Shown: positions 7,948 through 18,022, counted from the stretch's first letter. The stretch: 64,000 bases of DNA from Phycisphaerae bacterium (GCA_022072085.1 JAJVII010000014.1:67182-131181); one strand, 5' to 3'. The notes: generated by a model not told the origin, from the sequence alone. Made by a program: numbers and translations.

Positions 7948-10900
7948 TTGACGATCCGGGGCGCCCTCATCGCGGGACTGCTGGCCGGCATGGCCGCGAC
8001 GGCCGTGCTGTCGGCTGGCGATGCGCCCATCCCGCCGCCGGCGTCGCCGCTCGCCGAACCCGCCCGCCGAGATGTCGTCGACGCCCTCCTGGCCCGCAGC
8101 CGCCTGCTCGGCGACGCCCGCTTCCAGATTCCCGTCGGCATCTATCGCCAGTATCTCATCGAGACGCAGCAGGCAGCCCCGCCGCCGGCTGACTTGATCC
8201 TCCCAGCGGCCCGATACGACCTGTCGGTGGACAAGGACCGCGCCGTCCGGCTGGCGGTCCGCATCGACCTGCTCGTGCTGGACGCGGACAAGGCCGCCTG
8301 GCTCGGCCTGCTCGACGCCGCGGTCGCGTGGGACGAGGTGAAGATCGACGGGCAGCCGGCGGTCATGCCCGCCCACCTGGGCCTGCTGCGGCTCGCGCCG
8401 CAGAAGGCCGGCGCCCACGTGCTGACGGCGTCGGCCCGGCTGCCGCGGTCGGCGGCCGCCGGCGGTCGGCTGGCGCTGGCGATTCCGTCCAGCGTGCAGA
8501 CGGCCGTTGCGTTCGACTCGCCCGGCGCGTGGGCGGTGTCCGCGGACGACGGTTTCGGCCGCCTGATCGGCGACGCAGCCGGCACGCGCGGGCGGCTGGC
8601 CCTGACGCCGCGGCAGAAGCTCGCGGTCGCCTGGTCGCCGCCGACCTCGGCGATGCAGCGCACGCCGCACTACATGCTCCGCGGCGACGTGGCCTGGAAC
8701 CTCGACGCCGGCGTGCAGCAGGTGACGGCCGACCTGGCGGTGACCATCGCGGCTGCGGCGTCCGACCGCGTCGTGCTGAACCTGCCGGCGGCTGCCGACC
8801 GCGTGAGCGTCACCGGCCCGGACGTGCGGCAGGCCGACGCCCGCGGCGGGCGGGCGACGGTGGACCTCCGCGGGCCGGTGCTGGGGACCACGCGGCTGAG
8901 GGTGGCCTTCGAGATGCCGGCGGCCGGCGACACCCGGACGCTGTCGGGCCTCGGGCTCGCGGACGGGCGGTGGTTCGACGGCACGCTGCTGGTGGGCAAC
9001 TCGGCCGGCGACTGCGAGGTCGTCGCCGACAAGACGGCCGGCCTGGAGGAGATCGCCCTGTCGCAGGCGCCGTCGTCCGCGGCGGCAATCCTCGCGGGCC
9101 CGGCGGTGCTGGCCTACCACATCAACGCCGGGGCCTTCTCGGCGACGGTCGAGAGCCTGACGCTCGGCGAGTTCGCCCTGCGGCAGTCCATCGCCGACCT
9201 GGCCCACTTCGAGGCGTTCGTCTCGCCCGACGGGGCGGCGCTCTGCCGGGCCCGCTACGAAATCCGCAACCGCAGCCAGCAGTTCCTCACGCTCCGCCTG
9301 CCCGCCGGGGCGACGGTGCTGGCGGTGCGGGTGAACGAGAACAGCGTGCCGCTTTCGCCGATCGCCGGCGAGGCCGGCGCCTACCGCGTCCAGCTCGAGC
9401 GTTCGACCGCGTCGGTGATCGGGCTGGTCAGTTTCCCGGTGGACGTCGCCTTCACGCAGCATGTGGAGCTGCCGCGGCCGGCCCGCCACCGGAAGGCGAC
9501 GTTGCGCGTGCCGATGCCGCGGATCGACCTGCCGATCGCCTACGCCTGGTGCGAGCTGTTCCTGCCCGGCGACCTGCGGGTGCGGACCCTCGCCGGGCCG
9601 ATGCGGCGGGTGGAGGAATACTCCAGCCAGACGGCCGGCGCGAGCCTGGACTACGGCCTGGGCACGATGGCGGCGGGCTACACGGCCGCCAACCGCCCGA
9701 CCGCCCCGGAGGTGGTCAGGCGCCCTACTGCCAACATGCCGGCCTTCGACATGGCGATCCACCGCGACCGCGGCGTCGAACTCGTGGCGCCGCCCAATGG
9801 CCCGGTGATGGAAGAGCCCAACGCCCCCCAGGTCGCTCTCCCGTCGCCGCCGGCTGTCACGCAGCCGGACCAGCCGCCGGCTACCGTGCGGGGCCAGCCG
9901 GACGGATACGCCAATCAGCAGGACCATGGCGTCCGGCTGCCCGGCGAATCGGACGTGACGCGCAACCTGGACGCCCCGCCGCCGCCGGTCCAGCCCGGCC
10001 AGCCGACGGGGGGGCCAACGACCCCCGTGCCGTCGGACACGCAGACGTTCACGAACAACAACACGCTGGACGGGCCCGGCGGCATGCAGGGGTCCCAGGC
10101 GCTGCTGGCCCGCAACTACTGGCGGGCGGGCAAGGAGGCCTACGACCGCGGCGATCTGTCCAACGCCACCGAGGCCCTGGGCAACGTGGTTCGGCTGGCC
10201 CCGCAGTCGGCGGAGGCCGACAACGCCCGTCGCCTGCTGGCCAACGCCAAGGTGCTCGAAGGCGGCTTCGAGTATGAGAGCAAGTCGCAGAAGGCGGCCG
10301 GCCTGGCGGTGCAGAAGGAGGCCGCCGTCAGCAACGCCGAGGCGTTCCAGGGCCAGGGGGAACTGCTGGAGCAGGCCAAGCAGGAGCTGCGCGAGGGCAA
10401 GGTCGCGTCAGCCAAGAGCAAGCTCCAGGCGGCCCGGTCGATGGGCCAGAAGCTCCAGACGCAGATGGGCGGCAATGCGGAACTGGATCTGCGCAACAAG
10501 TCGCTGGCGAAGTATTCCGAGGAGATCGAGAAGTCCGAGTCGGACGAAGCCAAGAAGTTGCGGATGAAGTTCGACGACCTTCGACGGTCCGGCCGATCGG
10601 AGGAGGCCTTCAGGACCGGCAAGCATCTGCTGACCCTGAACACCGCCGACGCCGACGAGGTCCGCAAGGAGATGGAAGTCCTGGCGGTGGAGTCGGCGGG
10701 CAAGAAACCGGCCACCCTTCAACAGCAGCCCTTGCCTGTGTTGATGCAGCGACATGCGGAGCCGGTCTACGAGCGGGATCTGTACTCGCCCTCCCGGCCT
10801 GAGGACCGGCGCGTGCTGGCGCCTCCGCCGATGGAGACGAATCTGACGGCCATTCGCCCGTCGCCCGACCAATCCAGCTCCCCGTTGCGAAGCGATGGCC

Positions 10901-13146
10901 GGGACGCTTGGGGCAACCTGCCGCAGCGCGACCGCGAGGATGTCGTGCAGAACCGGCTCGAGGCAGGCACGCCGACCACCCTCCGGTGGGCGCGGGTACA
11001 GGGGGCCGTCGGCGACCTCCTCCGCCAGGCCCGCGAGCAAATCAACCGGCCGGGCGGTGAATTGTCCGTGGACAACTTCACGCAGGCCCGCCAGTGGATC
11101 TCCCAGGCCCAGAACACCCTCAAGGCCAACGAAGATGTCTCGCCCGCGGCCGAGTTCCAGACGCGGATGCGGGAACTGGCTGACATGGAGCGGTTCATCG
11201 ACCAGCGACAGGAGCAATGGATCGCCACGCAGGTCCGCCGGGCGCAGCAGGCTGCCCGTCAGTCACAGCAACTCGACATAGCGGCTCGGACCCGAAGCGG
11301 CCCGGCTGAGGTGCGGACCTACAAGCTCTCCCATGCCGACGCGAGTGAGTTGGCCGACGCTTTGCACAACCTGTACAAGGCCTCTGGCGCGGGGCGGGGA
11401 GGGGCGGCTGCCCCCGAGGTTGTATTCTCGGCTGACCCGCAGACAAACGCTCTGATCGTGCGGGGCGATCCGCAGCAACTGAGGGACGCGGAGATGCTCG
11501 TCAGGCAACTCGACACAACGTCGCGCGCAAGCGCACTGGTCATGAAGGTCTTCCCTCTCAAGAACGCCAAGGCTCAGGATGTGGCGGAGGCGCTGAAGAA
11601 CTCCCTGGCCAAAATGCCGTCGGACGACGCCCGGCGGGTTTCCATCGTTGCCGATTCGAGGACCAATGCCATCGTTCTGAGCGGGCCGACGGAGGAATCC
11701 GCCAGGATTTCGCAACTGATCGACCAACTGGACCGAGCCGATGCCGGCGGGGGCGGGGGCGGCGGGGGTGGCGGGCTGACCTACGCCTACGACGTGCGGG
11801 ATCTGGTCCAGCCGCTGACCGACTTCCGCGTCCCGCTGACCGACCGCGATATCGCGCCCAACGCCCCGGCTGTCCATCCGGGCGGCACGCCGGCTGGCGG
11901 CGAGGGCGACAAGATCCTTGCCGACCAGGTCCGCCGGCTCGTCGGTGACAACGTGGAATTCACTGACGGGAACCTGGTCGTCCGCGGCACGCGGCAGCAG
12001 CAGGAGCAGGTCCGCGAGCTGATCGGCAAGCTCCGCGAGGTCCGCGGCCCGCAGGTGGACGTGAACGCCGGCCGATTCGCCCGCCAGAAGGTCGAGGGCC
12101 TGGTCAGCACCGATTACGACAAGGACGGCGTGACCTCTGACGACGTGAAGTTGGACGCCACTGATGGGTCCCGGTCACAGACTTTCTCGCTGCCCAGGTC
12201 GGGCCTCGTGCCCGCTCAGCCGGGCGAGGCCCGCAACCCCTTCCGCGCCACCTACGGCGTCGGCTTTATCTATGACCGAGATTTCAGCGGCGCGATCGAG
12301 AGCAGTTCGTCCAAGCCCGTGGACCCGCGGCTGAAGGAGTTCATCGACCGCAACTACGAGGCCGAGAGAGTTGGGGTCGTTTCGGGCGTGCGCATCAAAT
12401 GGCGCCGGGGTGAGACGAGTCATATCAGGGGCGGCCCGATAGATTACTGGCCCGTTGAATCTTCCACTGCCGGCGGTTCAACCGGCACGGCCGGCATGAT
12501 GAACATGAACACGGGTCCTCGCGATGAGGCGGCGCGCCTGGGATGGGACGCATACTCGCGGCCAGACCTCTCGAACGTCAGCGGGCTGGTCGAGCGGCTG
12601 CGGGACAACCTCGGCCAGAAGGTCGTGGTCAACAGCTTGAACCTGAACGTCGATCCGCGGGCGGCCCGGTCGCTGGGGGCGGATTTCGACACGCCGGTCA
12701 ACGGCGCCGCCGTCGCGGTCATCGACGAGGCCCAGTTCCGCGCCCTCCGCGAGCTCGACGTCAACGGCAAGGCCCGCGGGTCGGCCGTCGTCGGGCCCAA
12801 CGGGCGGATGCAGGAGACGATCGTCGGCACCGACGCGTCGCTCGCGAACGGCATGGCCGCCAACGAGGCCTACGCCGGCGAGGGCTACAACGATTTCCTC
12901 CTGGGCGACGCTCGCGTGCGGCTGGACCACGCGAAGTATCTGCTCATCGACAACGGCGGCTACCTGACGGTCATGCGGGCCGGGCCGATGCAGCACTGGA
13001 CCGAGCCGCCGGCTGACGTGCGATTTCCCGACGCCCCGCTGGTGATCGAAGTCCCGCGGCAGGGCGAGACCTACCGGCTGGAAAAGACGCTGATGACGCC
13101 GCAGGACGACCCCGCGGTGATCGTGGAATTCGAAATGGAAAACTGA
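7948..13146 (+). CDS. Giant secreted protein (1732 aa): N-terminal domain shared with the downstream paralog, Pro-rich and coiled-coil linkers, two secretin-N-like (GspD/PilQ N-domain-like) repeats, Gly10 tract, novel C-terminal domain
   Basis: TTG start giving a signal-peptide-like N-terminus (MTIRGALIAGLLAGMAATAVLSAGDA). Two consecutive ~65-aa repeats at about 11311-11740 (YKLSHADASELADALHNLY...VVFSADPQTNALIVRGDPQQLRDAEMLVRQLD and MKVFPLKNAKAQDVAEALKNSL...VSIVADSRTNAIVLSGPTEESARISQLIDQLD) match the Secretin_N pattern. No recognisable C-terminal secretin domain. Function unknown. Confidence 0.8.
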   Translation: MTIRGALIAGLLAGMAATAVLSAGDAPIPPPASPLAEPARRDVVDALLARSRLLGDARFQIPVGIYRQYLIETQQAAPPPADLILPAARYDLSVDKDRAVRLAVRIDLLVLDADKAAWLGLLDAAVAWDEVKIDGQPAVMPAHLGLLRLAPQKAGAHVLTASARLPRSAAAGGRLALAIPSSVQTAVAFDSPGAWAVSADDGFGRLIGDAAGTRGRLALTPRQKLAVAWSPPTSAMQRTPHYMLRGDVAWNLDAGVQQVTADLAVTIAAAASDRVVLNLPAAADRVSVTGPDVRQADARGGRATVDLRGPVLGTTRLRVAFEMPAAGDTRTLSGLGLADGRWFDGTLLVGNSAGDCEVVADKTAGLEEIALSQAPSSAAAILAGPAVLAYHINAGAFSATVESLTLGEFALRQSIADLAHFEAFVSPDGAALCRARYEIRNRSQQFLTLRLPAGATVLAVRVNENSVPLSPIAGEAGAYRVQLERSTASVIGLVSFPVDVAFTQHVELPRPARHRKATLRVPMPRIDLPIAYAWCELFLPGDLRVRTLAGPMRRVEEYSSQTAGASLDYGLGTMAAGYTAANRPTAPEVVRRPTANMPAFDMAIHRDRGVELVAPPNGPVMEEPNAPQVALPSPPAVTQPDQPPATVRGQPDGYANQQDHGVRLPGESDVTRNLDAPPPPVQPGQPTGGPTTPVPSDTQTFTNNNTLDGPGGMQGSQALLARNYWRAGKEAYDRGDLSNATEALGNVVRLAPQSAEADNARRLLANAKVLEGGFEYESKSQKAAGLAVQKEAAVSNAEAFQGQGELLEQAKQELREGKVASAKSKLQAARSMGQKLQTQMGGNAELDLRNKSLAKYSEEIEKSESDEAKKLRMKFDDLRRSGRSEEAFRTGKHLLTLNTADADEVRKEMEVLAVESAGKKPATLQQQPLPVLMQRHAEPVYERDLYSPSRPEDRRVLAPPPMETNLTAIRPSPDQSSSPLRSDGRDAWGNLPQRDREDVVQNRLEAGTPTTLRWARVQGAVGDLLRQAREQINRPGGELSVDNFTQARQWISQAQNTLKANEDVSPAAEFQTRMRELADMERFIDQRQEQWIATQVRRAQQAARQSQQLDIAARTRSGPAEVRTYKLSHADASELADALHNLYKASGAGRGGAAAPEVVFSADPQTNALIVRGDPQQLRDAEMLVRQLDTTSRASALVMKVFPLKNAKAQDVAEALKNSLAKMPSDDARRVSIVADSRTNAIVLSGPTEESARISQLIDQLDRADAGGGGGGGGGGLTYAYDVRDLVQPLTDFRVPLTDRDIAPNAPAVHPGGTPAGGEGDKILADQVRRLVGDNVEFTDGNLVVRGTRQQQEQVRELIGKLREVRGPQVDVNAGRFARQKVEGLVSTDYDKDGVTSDDVKLDATDGSRSQTFSLPRSGLVPAQPGEARNPFRATYGVGFIYDRDFSGAIESSSSKPVDPRLKEFIDRNYEAERVGVVSGVRIKWRRGETSHIRGGPIDYWPVESSTAGGSTGTAGMMNMNTGPRDEAARLGWDAYSRPDLSNVSGLVERLRDNLGQKVVVNSLNLNVDPRAARSLGADFDTPVNGAAVAVIDEAQFRALRELDVNGKARGSAVVGPNGRMQETIVGTDASLANGMAANEAYAGEGYNDFLLGDARVRLDHAKYLLIDNGGYLTVMRAGPMQHWTEPPADVRFPDAPLVIEVPRQGETYRLEKTLMTPQDDPAVIVEFEMEN

Positions 13147-13191
13147 AATCGGCTCCAACCCAACTTTAACTCTTCAACGAAAGGGAACGAG

Positions 13192-15225
13192 ATGAACAGG
13201 ACGCGCGTATGGGTGGTGGTGCTGGCGGCTGCGCTGCTGGCCGGTCCGATGCTGGCGGCGGCCCAGCCGGCGGCCCCGGCGGCGGACAAGTCCGTCAACG
13301 GCCAGGTGATTCTGAGCTGGGACGAGTTCGTCAAGATCACCGGCTACGACCCGGTGAAGGGGTCGCAGTCGCTGACGATCCCCTGGCCGGAGGTCGAGCG
13401 GCTGCTGGGCGTGGAACTCAAGGGCAAGGTCGGCATGGACAAGACGACGGTCGACCTGCCGTGGCAGGACTTCAAGGCCCTGCTGGAGTGGTCGATCAAG
13501 CGGCAGCAGGGCGACGCCGCCCCGCCGCCGACCGACTACGTCATCACCGCCAGCGAATACGCCGGCACGCTGGGCGACCAGAGTGCCAAGCTGACCCGCA
13601 AGCTGACGGTGAACGTGCTGCGGCAGGCGGGCTGGAAGCGGATTCCCATCCTGCCGCTGGGCGTCGCGGTGACAGCAAGCAAGCTGCCCGACGGCGTGTT
13701 CCTCAACAGCACCGGCAGCGGCTACGAGCTGCTGACGACCAAGAGCGGCGAACTGGCGGTGACGGTCGATTTCACCGCCCGCGTCGTGACCGACGCCGGG
13801 GTCAGCCGCATGAGCGTGCCGGCTGTCCAGGCGGCCAGCAGCGTGCTGGACCTGACGATCGACAGCGACAAGGTCGACGCCAAGGTCCCCGAGGGGCAGG
13901 CCGTCGTGACCAAGGCGGCTGACGGCAAGACGCACGTGGCCGCGGCGCTGCCCGCGGGCGCGTCGCTGGACGTCTGGTGGGAGCGCGCGGTGGCCAAGGT
14001 GGCGGCCGCGCCGACGCGGCTCTACGCCGAGACGCGGACGCTGGTCGCGGTCTCCGAGGGCATCCTGCTCTGCCAGGAAACGGTGAACTACTCGATCCTG
14101 CACACTGCGGTGCGCGACCTCAAGCTCACCGTGCCCCAGGGCGTCGCGGTGCTCGAAGTGCTCGGCCGAAACATCATGGACTGGCGCGTCGAGAAGGACG
14201 GCACGATGACCGTCGCCCTGCGCGGCGAGGTGATCGGCGGCTATGACCTGCGGATCAGCTACGAGCTGGCTGCCGACAAGGAGGTGACCGTGCCGGTCAT
14301 CCGGTCGGTCGGCGCCGAACGGGAGAAGGGCTACGTCGGCGTGGTCGCGTTGACCAACGTCGAGATCGACGCCCCCAAGGTCGAGGGCGCCGCGGCCATC
14401 GACGTCAAGCAGCTCCCGGCTGAGATCGTTGCGATGACCAAGCAGCCGCTGCTGCTGGCGTTCCGCTACGTCGGCGAGAAGTTCGCGATCCCGCTGGAGA
14501 TCAAGAGGCACGGCGAGGTGACCGTGCTGGTGACGATCGCCGACAGCGGGCTGTTCACGATCATGCAACTGGCGGACGGCCGGCGGATGACCCGCGCGAT
14601 CTACACCGTCCGCAACAACCGCAACCAGTTCCTGCGGGTGGCCATGCCCGCCGGCGCCGACATCTGGTCGGTCGCGGTCAGCGGCAACCCGGTCACGCCG
14701 GCCAAGGACAGCGACGGCAAGGTGCTGATCCCGATGATCCGCTCAGCCGTCGGGGCCGAACTGAGCAGTTTCCCGGTCGAGGTGGTCTACGTCGAGACGC
14801 CGGCCAAGCCCGCGCCGGCCAAGGGGACCATGCACGTCGATCTGCCCACGCTGGACTGCCCGACGATGCACGTGATGGCGACCTACTACGCGCCGGCTGA
14901 GGGCAAGTACGGGCGGCCGGCCGTCTTCGGGTCCGGCACCTCGGGCTTCACGGGCACGCTGCACCTGGTCGAGGACTTCGCGACGATGATGACCGACGCG
15001 AACACGCCGCGGGTCGTCCAGGAGCAAGCCGCCCAGCAGGCCCAGCAGATGCAGGAAACCTTCAGCCGGCGGACCGAGGACGACGCCCGGGCCGCCGGCG
15101 TGACGCCGATCCGGGTCAGCCTGCCGATCGGCGGGCGGCAGTTCAGGCTCGAGAAGATCCTCGCCCTCGTCGGCGACAAGCTCGAGTTCGACGTCGAGTA
15201 TCGCGACTGGGACGCAGCCAAGTAG
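13192..15225 (+). CDS. Secreted protein (677 aa), paralog of the N-terminal ~600 aa of the upstream giant protein
   Basis: Signal peptide MNRTRVWVVVLAAALLAGPMLAAAQPAAPAA. Collinear similarity to the upstream protein (e.g. RAIYTVRNNRNQFLRVAMPAGADIWSVAVSGNPVTP vs RARYEIRNRSQQFLTLRLPAGATVLAVRVNENSVPLSP). 45-bp gap to the upstream gene. Intrinsic terminator downstream. Confidence 0.85.
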   Translation: MNRTRVWVVVLAAALLAGPMLAAAQPAAPAADKSVNGQVILSWDEFVKITGYDPVKGSQSLTIPWPEVERLLGVELKGKVGMDKTTVDLPWQDFKALLEWSIKRQQGDAAPPPTDYVITASEYAGTLGDQSAKLTRKLTVNVLRQAGWKRIPILPLGVAVTASKLPDGVFLNSTGSGYELLTTKSGELAVTVDFTARVVTDAGVSRMSVPAVQAASSVLDLTIDSDKVDAKVPEGQAVVTKAADGKTHVAAALPAGASLDVWWERAVAKVAAAPTRLYAETRTLVAVSEGILLCQETVNYSILHTAVRDLKLTVPQGVAVLEVLGRNIMDWRVEKDGTMTVALRGEVIGGYDLRISYELAADKEVTVPVIRSVGAEREKGYVGVVALTNVEIDAPKVEGAAAIDVKQLPAEIVAMTKQPLLLAFRYVGEKFAIPLEIKRHGEVTVLVTIADSGLFTIMQLADGRRMTRAIYTVRNNRNQFLRVAMPAGADIWSVAVSGNPVTPAKDSDGKVLIPMIRSAVGAELSSFPVEVVYVETPAKPAPAKGTMHVDLPTLDCPTMHVMATYYAPAEGKYGRPAVFGSGTSGFTGTLHLVEDFATMMTDANTPRVVQEQAAQQAQQMQETFSRRTEDDARAAGVTPIRVSLPIGGRQFRLEKILALVGDKLEFDVEYRDWDAAK

Positions 15226-15250
15226 GCCCGTCCGTCCGCGAAGAGTTGGC

Positions 15251-15275
15251 GTTGAAGTTGAAGTTGAAGTTGAAG
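15251..15275 (+). repeat. Short tandem repeat (GTTGAA)x4
   Basis: gttgaagttgaagttgaagttgaag read directly from the sequence, in the 3' intergenic region shared by the convergent genes ending at 15225 and 15344. Confidence 0.8.
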
Positions 15276-15291
15276 ACAAAGTTGGAGCGAC

Positions 15292-15337
15292 GCGACCCGC
15301 CCGTCCGCGGCCATCCGCCGGCGGGCGGTCGCTTTTT
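15292..15337 (+). terminator. Intrinsic (Rho-independent) terminator candidate for the plus-strand gene ending at 15225
   Basis: Stem gcgacc(c)gcccg (15292-15303) pairs with cgggcggtcgc (15322-15332) with a 1-nt bulge, followed by TTTTT (15333-15337). Confidence 0.5.
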
Positions 15338-15343
15338 CTGCGC

Positions 15344-17965
15344 TCACTTCACCGCGCAGGTGGCCTCGGCGGCGTAGACCAGCCGGGCCCGGATCAGGCG
15401 GCGGCTCATGCTGTCGCCCATGTAGGCGTAGCGGTCGGTCGCGGCGACGCCCACCAGCCAGGCCAGCGGAATGTCCGGCTGGCTCAGCGACTTGTCGCCG
15501 CTGTCGGGCCCGCGGTTGTCGGCGTTGCCGTAGCCGCCGAAGTGCGTCAGGTCGTTGCCGTTGGTGTCCAGGACGCCGACGCGGAATCGGCCGAGGTCCG
15601 GATACCACACCCGCCCGAAGTCGTCCACGTCAAACCGCGTGTTCTCGCAACTGCAATAGATCAGTCCGACGTGGCTGATGCCCATGCGGATCCATTGGGC
15701 GCCGGTCACCTGAACCGGTTGCAGGCGGCCGCCGGCGTAGTAGGCCGCGTCCACAGTCTTGAGCGACGGGTCCAGTTTGGGCTCGCCCTTGTAGGGGTCG
15801 GTCGCCGGGTGATAGAGCCGCGCGCCGAAGTGAACCATCCCGCCCCTGGGGCTGAACTTGACGATGCTGCCGTACATCGTGCAGACCTGGTCCTTCACCG
15901 CGTCGTCCTTCAGATAGGTCTTGCCCAACTCCACCTTGCCGACGGTGGCGGCGAATTCGGGTGGATAGACCTGGTCGGCCGGCTTGACCTGTTCGGCGAT
16001 GTAGATGTTGCCCTGCGGGTCGAACCTCGGGCCGATGGCCGCGTCCGACACCTTCCAGATGATCGGCGTGTCGCTGACGCGGTCGCCGTCGGGCGTGTAC
16101 TCGCGCAGCATCTTGCAGGGCCTGCCGCCCATCGCTCCGGGCTCGAGCACGAACAGGTGGCCGTCGTGCCGCACGCCCAGGAAGTGCGTCATGAAGACCA
16201 TGCTCACCGGAACGAAGCTCGCGTTGGCCGACCAACTGTTGCCGGGAGCGCCGTCGCTCTTGGCCGTGCGATGGTCGGGCTTGGCCCAGGCGACGGGCTT
16301 GCCGTTGCGATCCCACTTGTAGAAGTAGCAGGGCCAGCCCAGCCCGTAGAGGCAGCCGTCGGGCGCCGGCACGATGCAGACGCCCGCGTTCACCTTCGTC
16401 CCCGTGCTCACGTCCTCGATCTTTCCGTCGCCTTCGCTAAATCGCATCCACCGGCCGGGGCCGATGCGGGCGTAAATCTCCGGCGACGCCCTGAAGCGGT
16501 CCACGCTCATGTCGACGAACCCGCACGCCCCGAACCGCTCCTTGTTCACCTTCGTCGCCGTCAGCCTGTCGCCGCCGTCCTCGATCCGCAGCAGTGTTCC
16601 CCCGTCGGAGCCCATCCAGACGACGGCCGGCTTGGCAGACGCGTCCAACGCCATCAGCCACGGCTGCGCGGGGTCGCCGTCGCGCTCGACGCGCAGCTTG
16701 GCCAACTCCTTGTGATCCTTCCAGCCATCCAGCTTGACCAGTTCGATCGCCCCGGCCGCCAGCAGCCGCGTGACGTAGACCACCCCGCTGCCGGGTTCGA
16801 CGGCCACGTGGTCCGGGCGCTCGATCGGAAACTGGCCGACCAGCTTGCCGTCGGATTCGTTGATCGCCACGACGCGGTTGTTGCCGCAGTCGGCCACCAG
16901 CAGATGTCCATGTCCATCAGTCGCCAGCCCGCGCGGATCGTCGGAGAGGTGCGTGTCGTCGTTGCCGGCCTGCTCCGGCTCGCCGAACAGCGGCGTCGCC
17001 GGCCCGCGATCGGGCAGCGGGACGCGGTAGACGCTTGCGAAGCTCAGCCGCTGCGGCTTCTTGTCCGGACGGACCTGGCCCATGCCGGTGACGTAGGCGC
17101 TCCTGCCGTCGGCCGAGATGCAGACGAACGGGCGGCGGAAGAACGGCCGCGTCATCTTCACCAGCGGTGGTCCGACGTCCGAGCCCCAGGGCGGCGTGCC
17201 CTGGCTGTCCAGGGCCGACAGGCATAGCGGGCCGCGGCCGTCGTACCCGCCGACCGGGCGGACCAGCACGCCGTCGCGTGTGACGGCCATGCCGCTCTTG
17301 CGAGCCGACTCGGAGCCATAGAAACTCCGCCTGGACAGGTCCTTGATCAGCGGTACGCTCTCGCCGCCGACATCGACGACCCCCAGCCCCTCCAGCCGCT
17401 GCTTGCCAAGGCCGGCCGGGAACGGCGCGACCGTGCTGCGGTAGCGTCCGTCGCGGTCCAGCGCGACGATGCGCTCGCCGGTCCAGTTGGCCACCGCCGC
17501 GCCAACGCCTGCGCAGACGTAGAGCGTGCCGTCCGGGCCGACGGCCAGCGAGTGGATGTTGCCGAAGTTCTGCGGGTCCTCGGCGATGATGCTGTCATAC
17601 TTCGCGCCCAGGCCCAGCGCGACGCGCACGGTGAAGGGCCCTGCGCCGGCCGGCTTGCCGTAGTCGGCCAGGCCGTCCCATCGGATCGATTGCGCCAGGC
17701 TGTCTGGCTTCAGCGGCGGCGGGGGGTTCTTGCCCAGCACGCCGGCGACGAGGTGGCGGACGACGCGGCCGTCGGCCGACTCGATGGAGACGGCCACGTC
17801 CGTTGCGCGATCGACCGCGAAGTCGATGCGGATGGCATCGCCCTCGCGCGTCGCGGCGGGGGGACGAGTGAAGGAGGGCGCCTTTGCCGCCGCTGCTGCC
17901 GCGGGCAGCACGGCTGCGGCCGCCAGGAGACGCCACGCGGCGCCGAATGCAGTCCTTTGAATCAT
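15344..17965 (-). CDS. Secreted NHL-repeat beta-propeller protein
   Basis: Signal peptide MIQRTAFGAAWRLLAAAAVLPAAAAAA from ATG at 17965; the track ORF extends in-frame to 18040 across a palindrome. NHL-like repeat HLLVADCGNNRVVAINESDGKLVGQF. Paralogous to the gene at 50415-52976, sharing the C-terminal tail ...RARLVYAAEATCAVK. Confidence 0.8.
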   Translation of the reverse strand: MIQRTAFGAAWRLLAAAAVLPAAAAAAKAPSFTRPPAATREGDAIRIDFAVDRATDVAVSIESADGRVVRHLVAGVLGKNPPPPLKPDSLAQSIRWDGLADYGKPAGAGPFTVRVALGLGAKYDSIIAEDPQNFGNIHSLAVGPDGTLYVCAGVGAAVANWTGERIVALDRDGRYRSTVAPFPAGLGKQRLEGLGVVDVGGESVPLIKDLSRRSFYGSESARKSGMAVTRDGVLVRPVGGYDGRGPLCLSALDSQGTPPWGSDVGPPLVKMTRPFFRRPFVCISADGRSAYVTGMGQVRPDKKPQRLSFASVYRVPLPDRGPATPLFGEPEQAGNDDTHLSDDPRGLATDGHGHLLVADCGNNRVVAINESDGKLVGQFPIERPDHVAVEPGSGVVYVTRLLAAGAIELVKLDGWKDHKELAKLRVERDGDPAQPWLMALDASAKPAVVWMGSDGGTLLRIEDGGDRLTATKVNKERFGACGFVDMSVDRFRASPEIYARIGPGRWMRFSEGDGKIEDVSTGTKVNAGVCIVPAPDGCLYGLGWPCYFYKWDRNGKPVAWAKPDHRTAKSDGAPGNSWSANASFVPVSMVFMTHFLGVRHDGHLFVLEPGAMGGRPCKMLREYTPDGDRVSDTPIIWKVSDAAIGPRFDPQGNIYIAEQVKPADQVYPPEFAATVGKVELGKTYLKDDAVKDQVCTMYGSIVKFSPRGGMVHFGARLYHPATDPYKGEPKLDPSLKTVDAAYYAGGRLQPVQVTGAQWIRMGISHVGLIYCSCENTRFDVDDFGRVWYPDLGRFRVGVLDTNGNDLTHFGGYGNADNRGPDSGDKSLSQPDIPLAWLVGVAATDRYAYMGDSMSRRLIRARLVYAAEATCAVK

Positions 17966-18022
17966 TGCGCTGGCCCTCGGCTTTGGAGTGTGTGATTCGC
18001 CGACATCGCCGGTCCGTTGCGG

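Noticed and set aside
7930-10277. Long ORFs 7930-9927 (minus) and 8328-10277 (plus)
   Set aside because: Overlap the giant secreted protein gene in other frames or antisense. Arg/Gly/Pro-rich, no motifs.
13174-17227. ORFs 13174-14568 (minus) and 15542-17227 (plus)
   Set aside because: Antisense to the 677-aa secreted paralog and to the NHL-propeller gene respectively. Low complexity.
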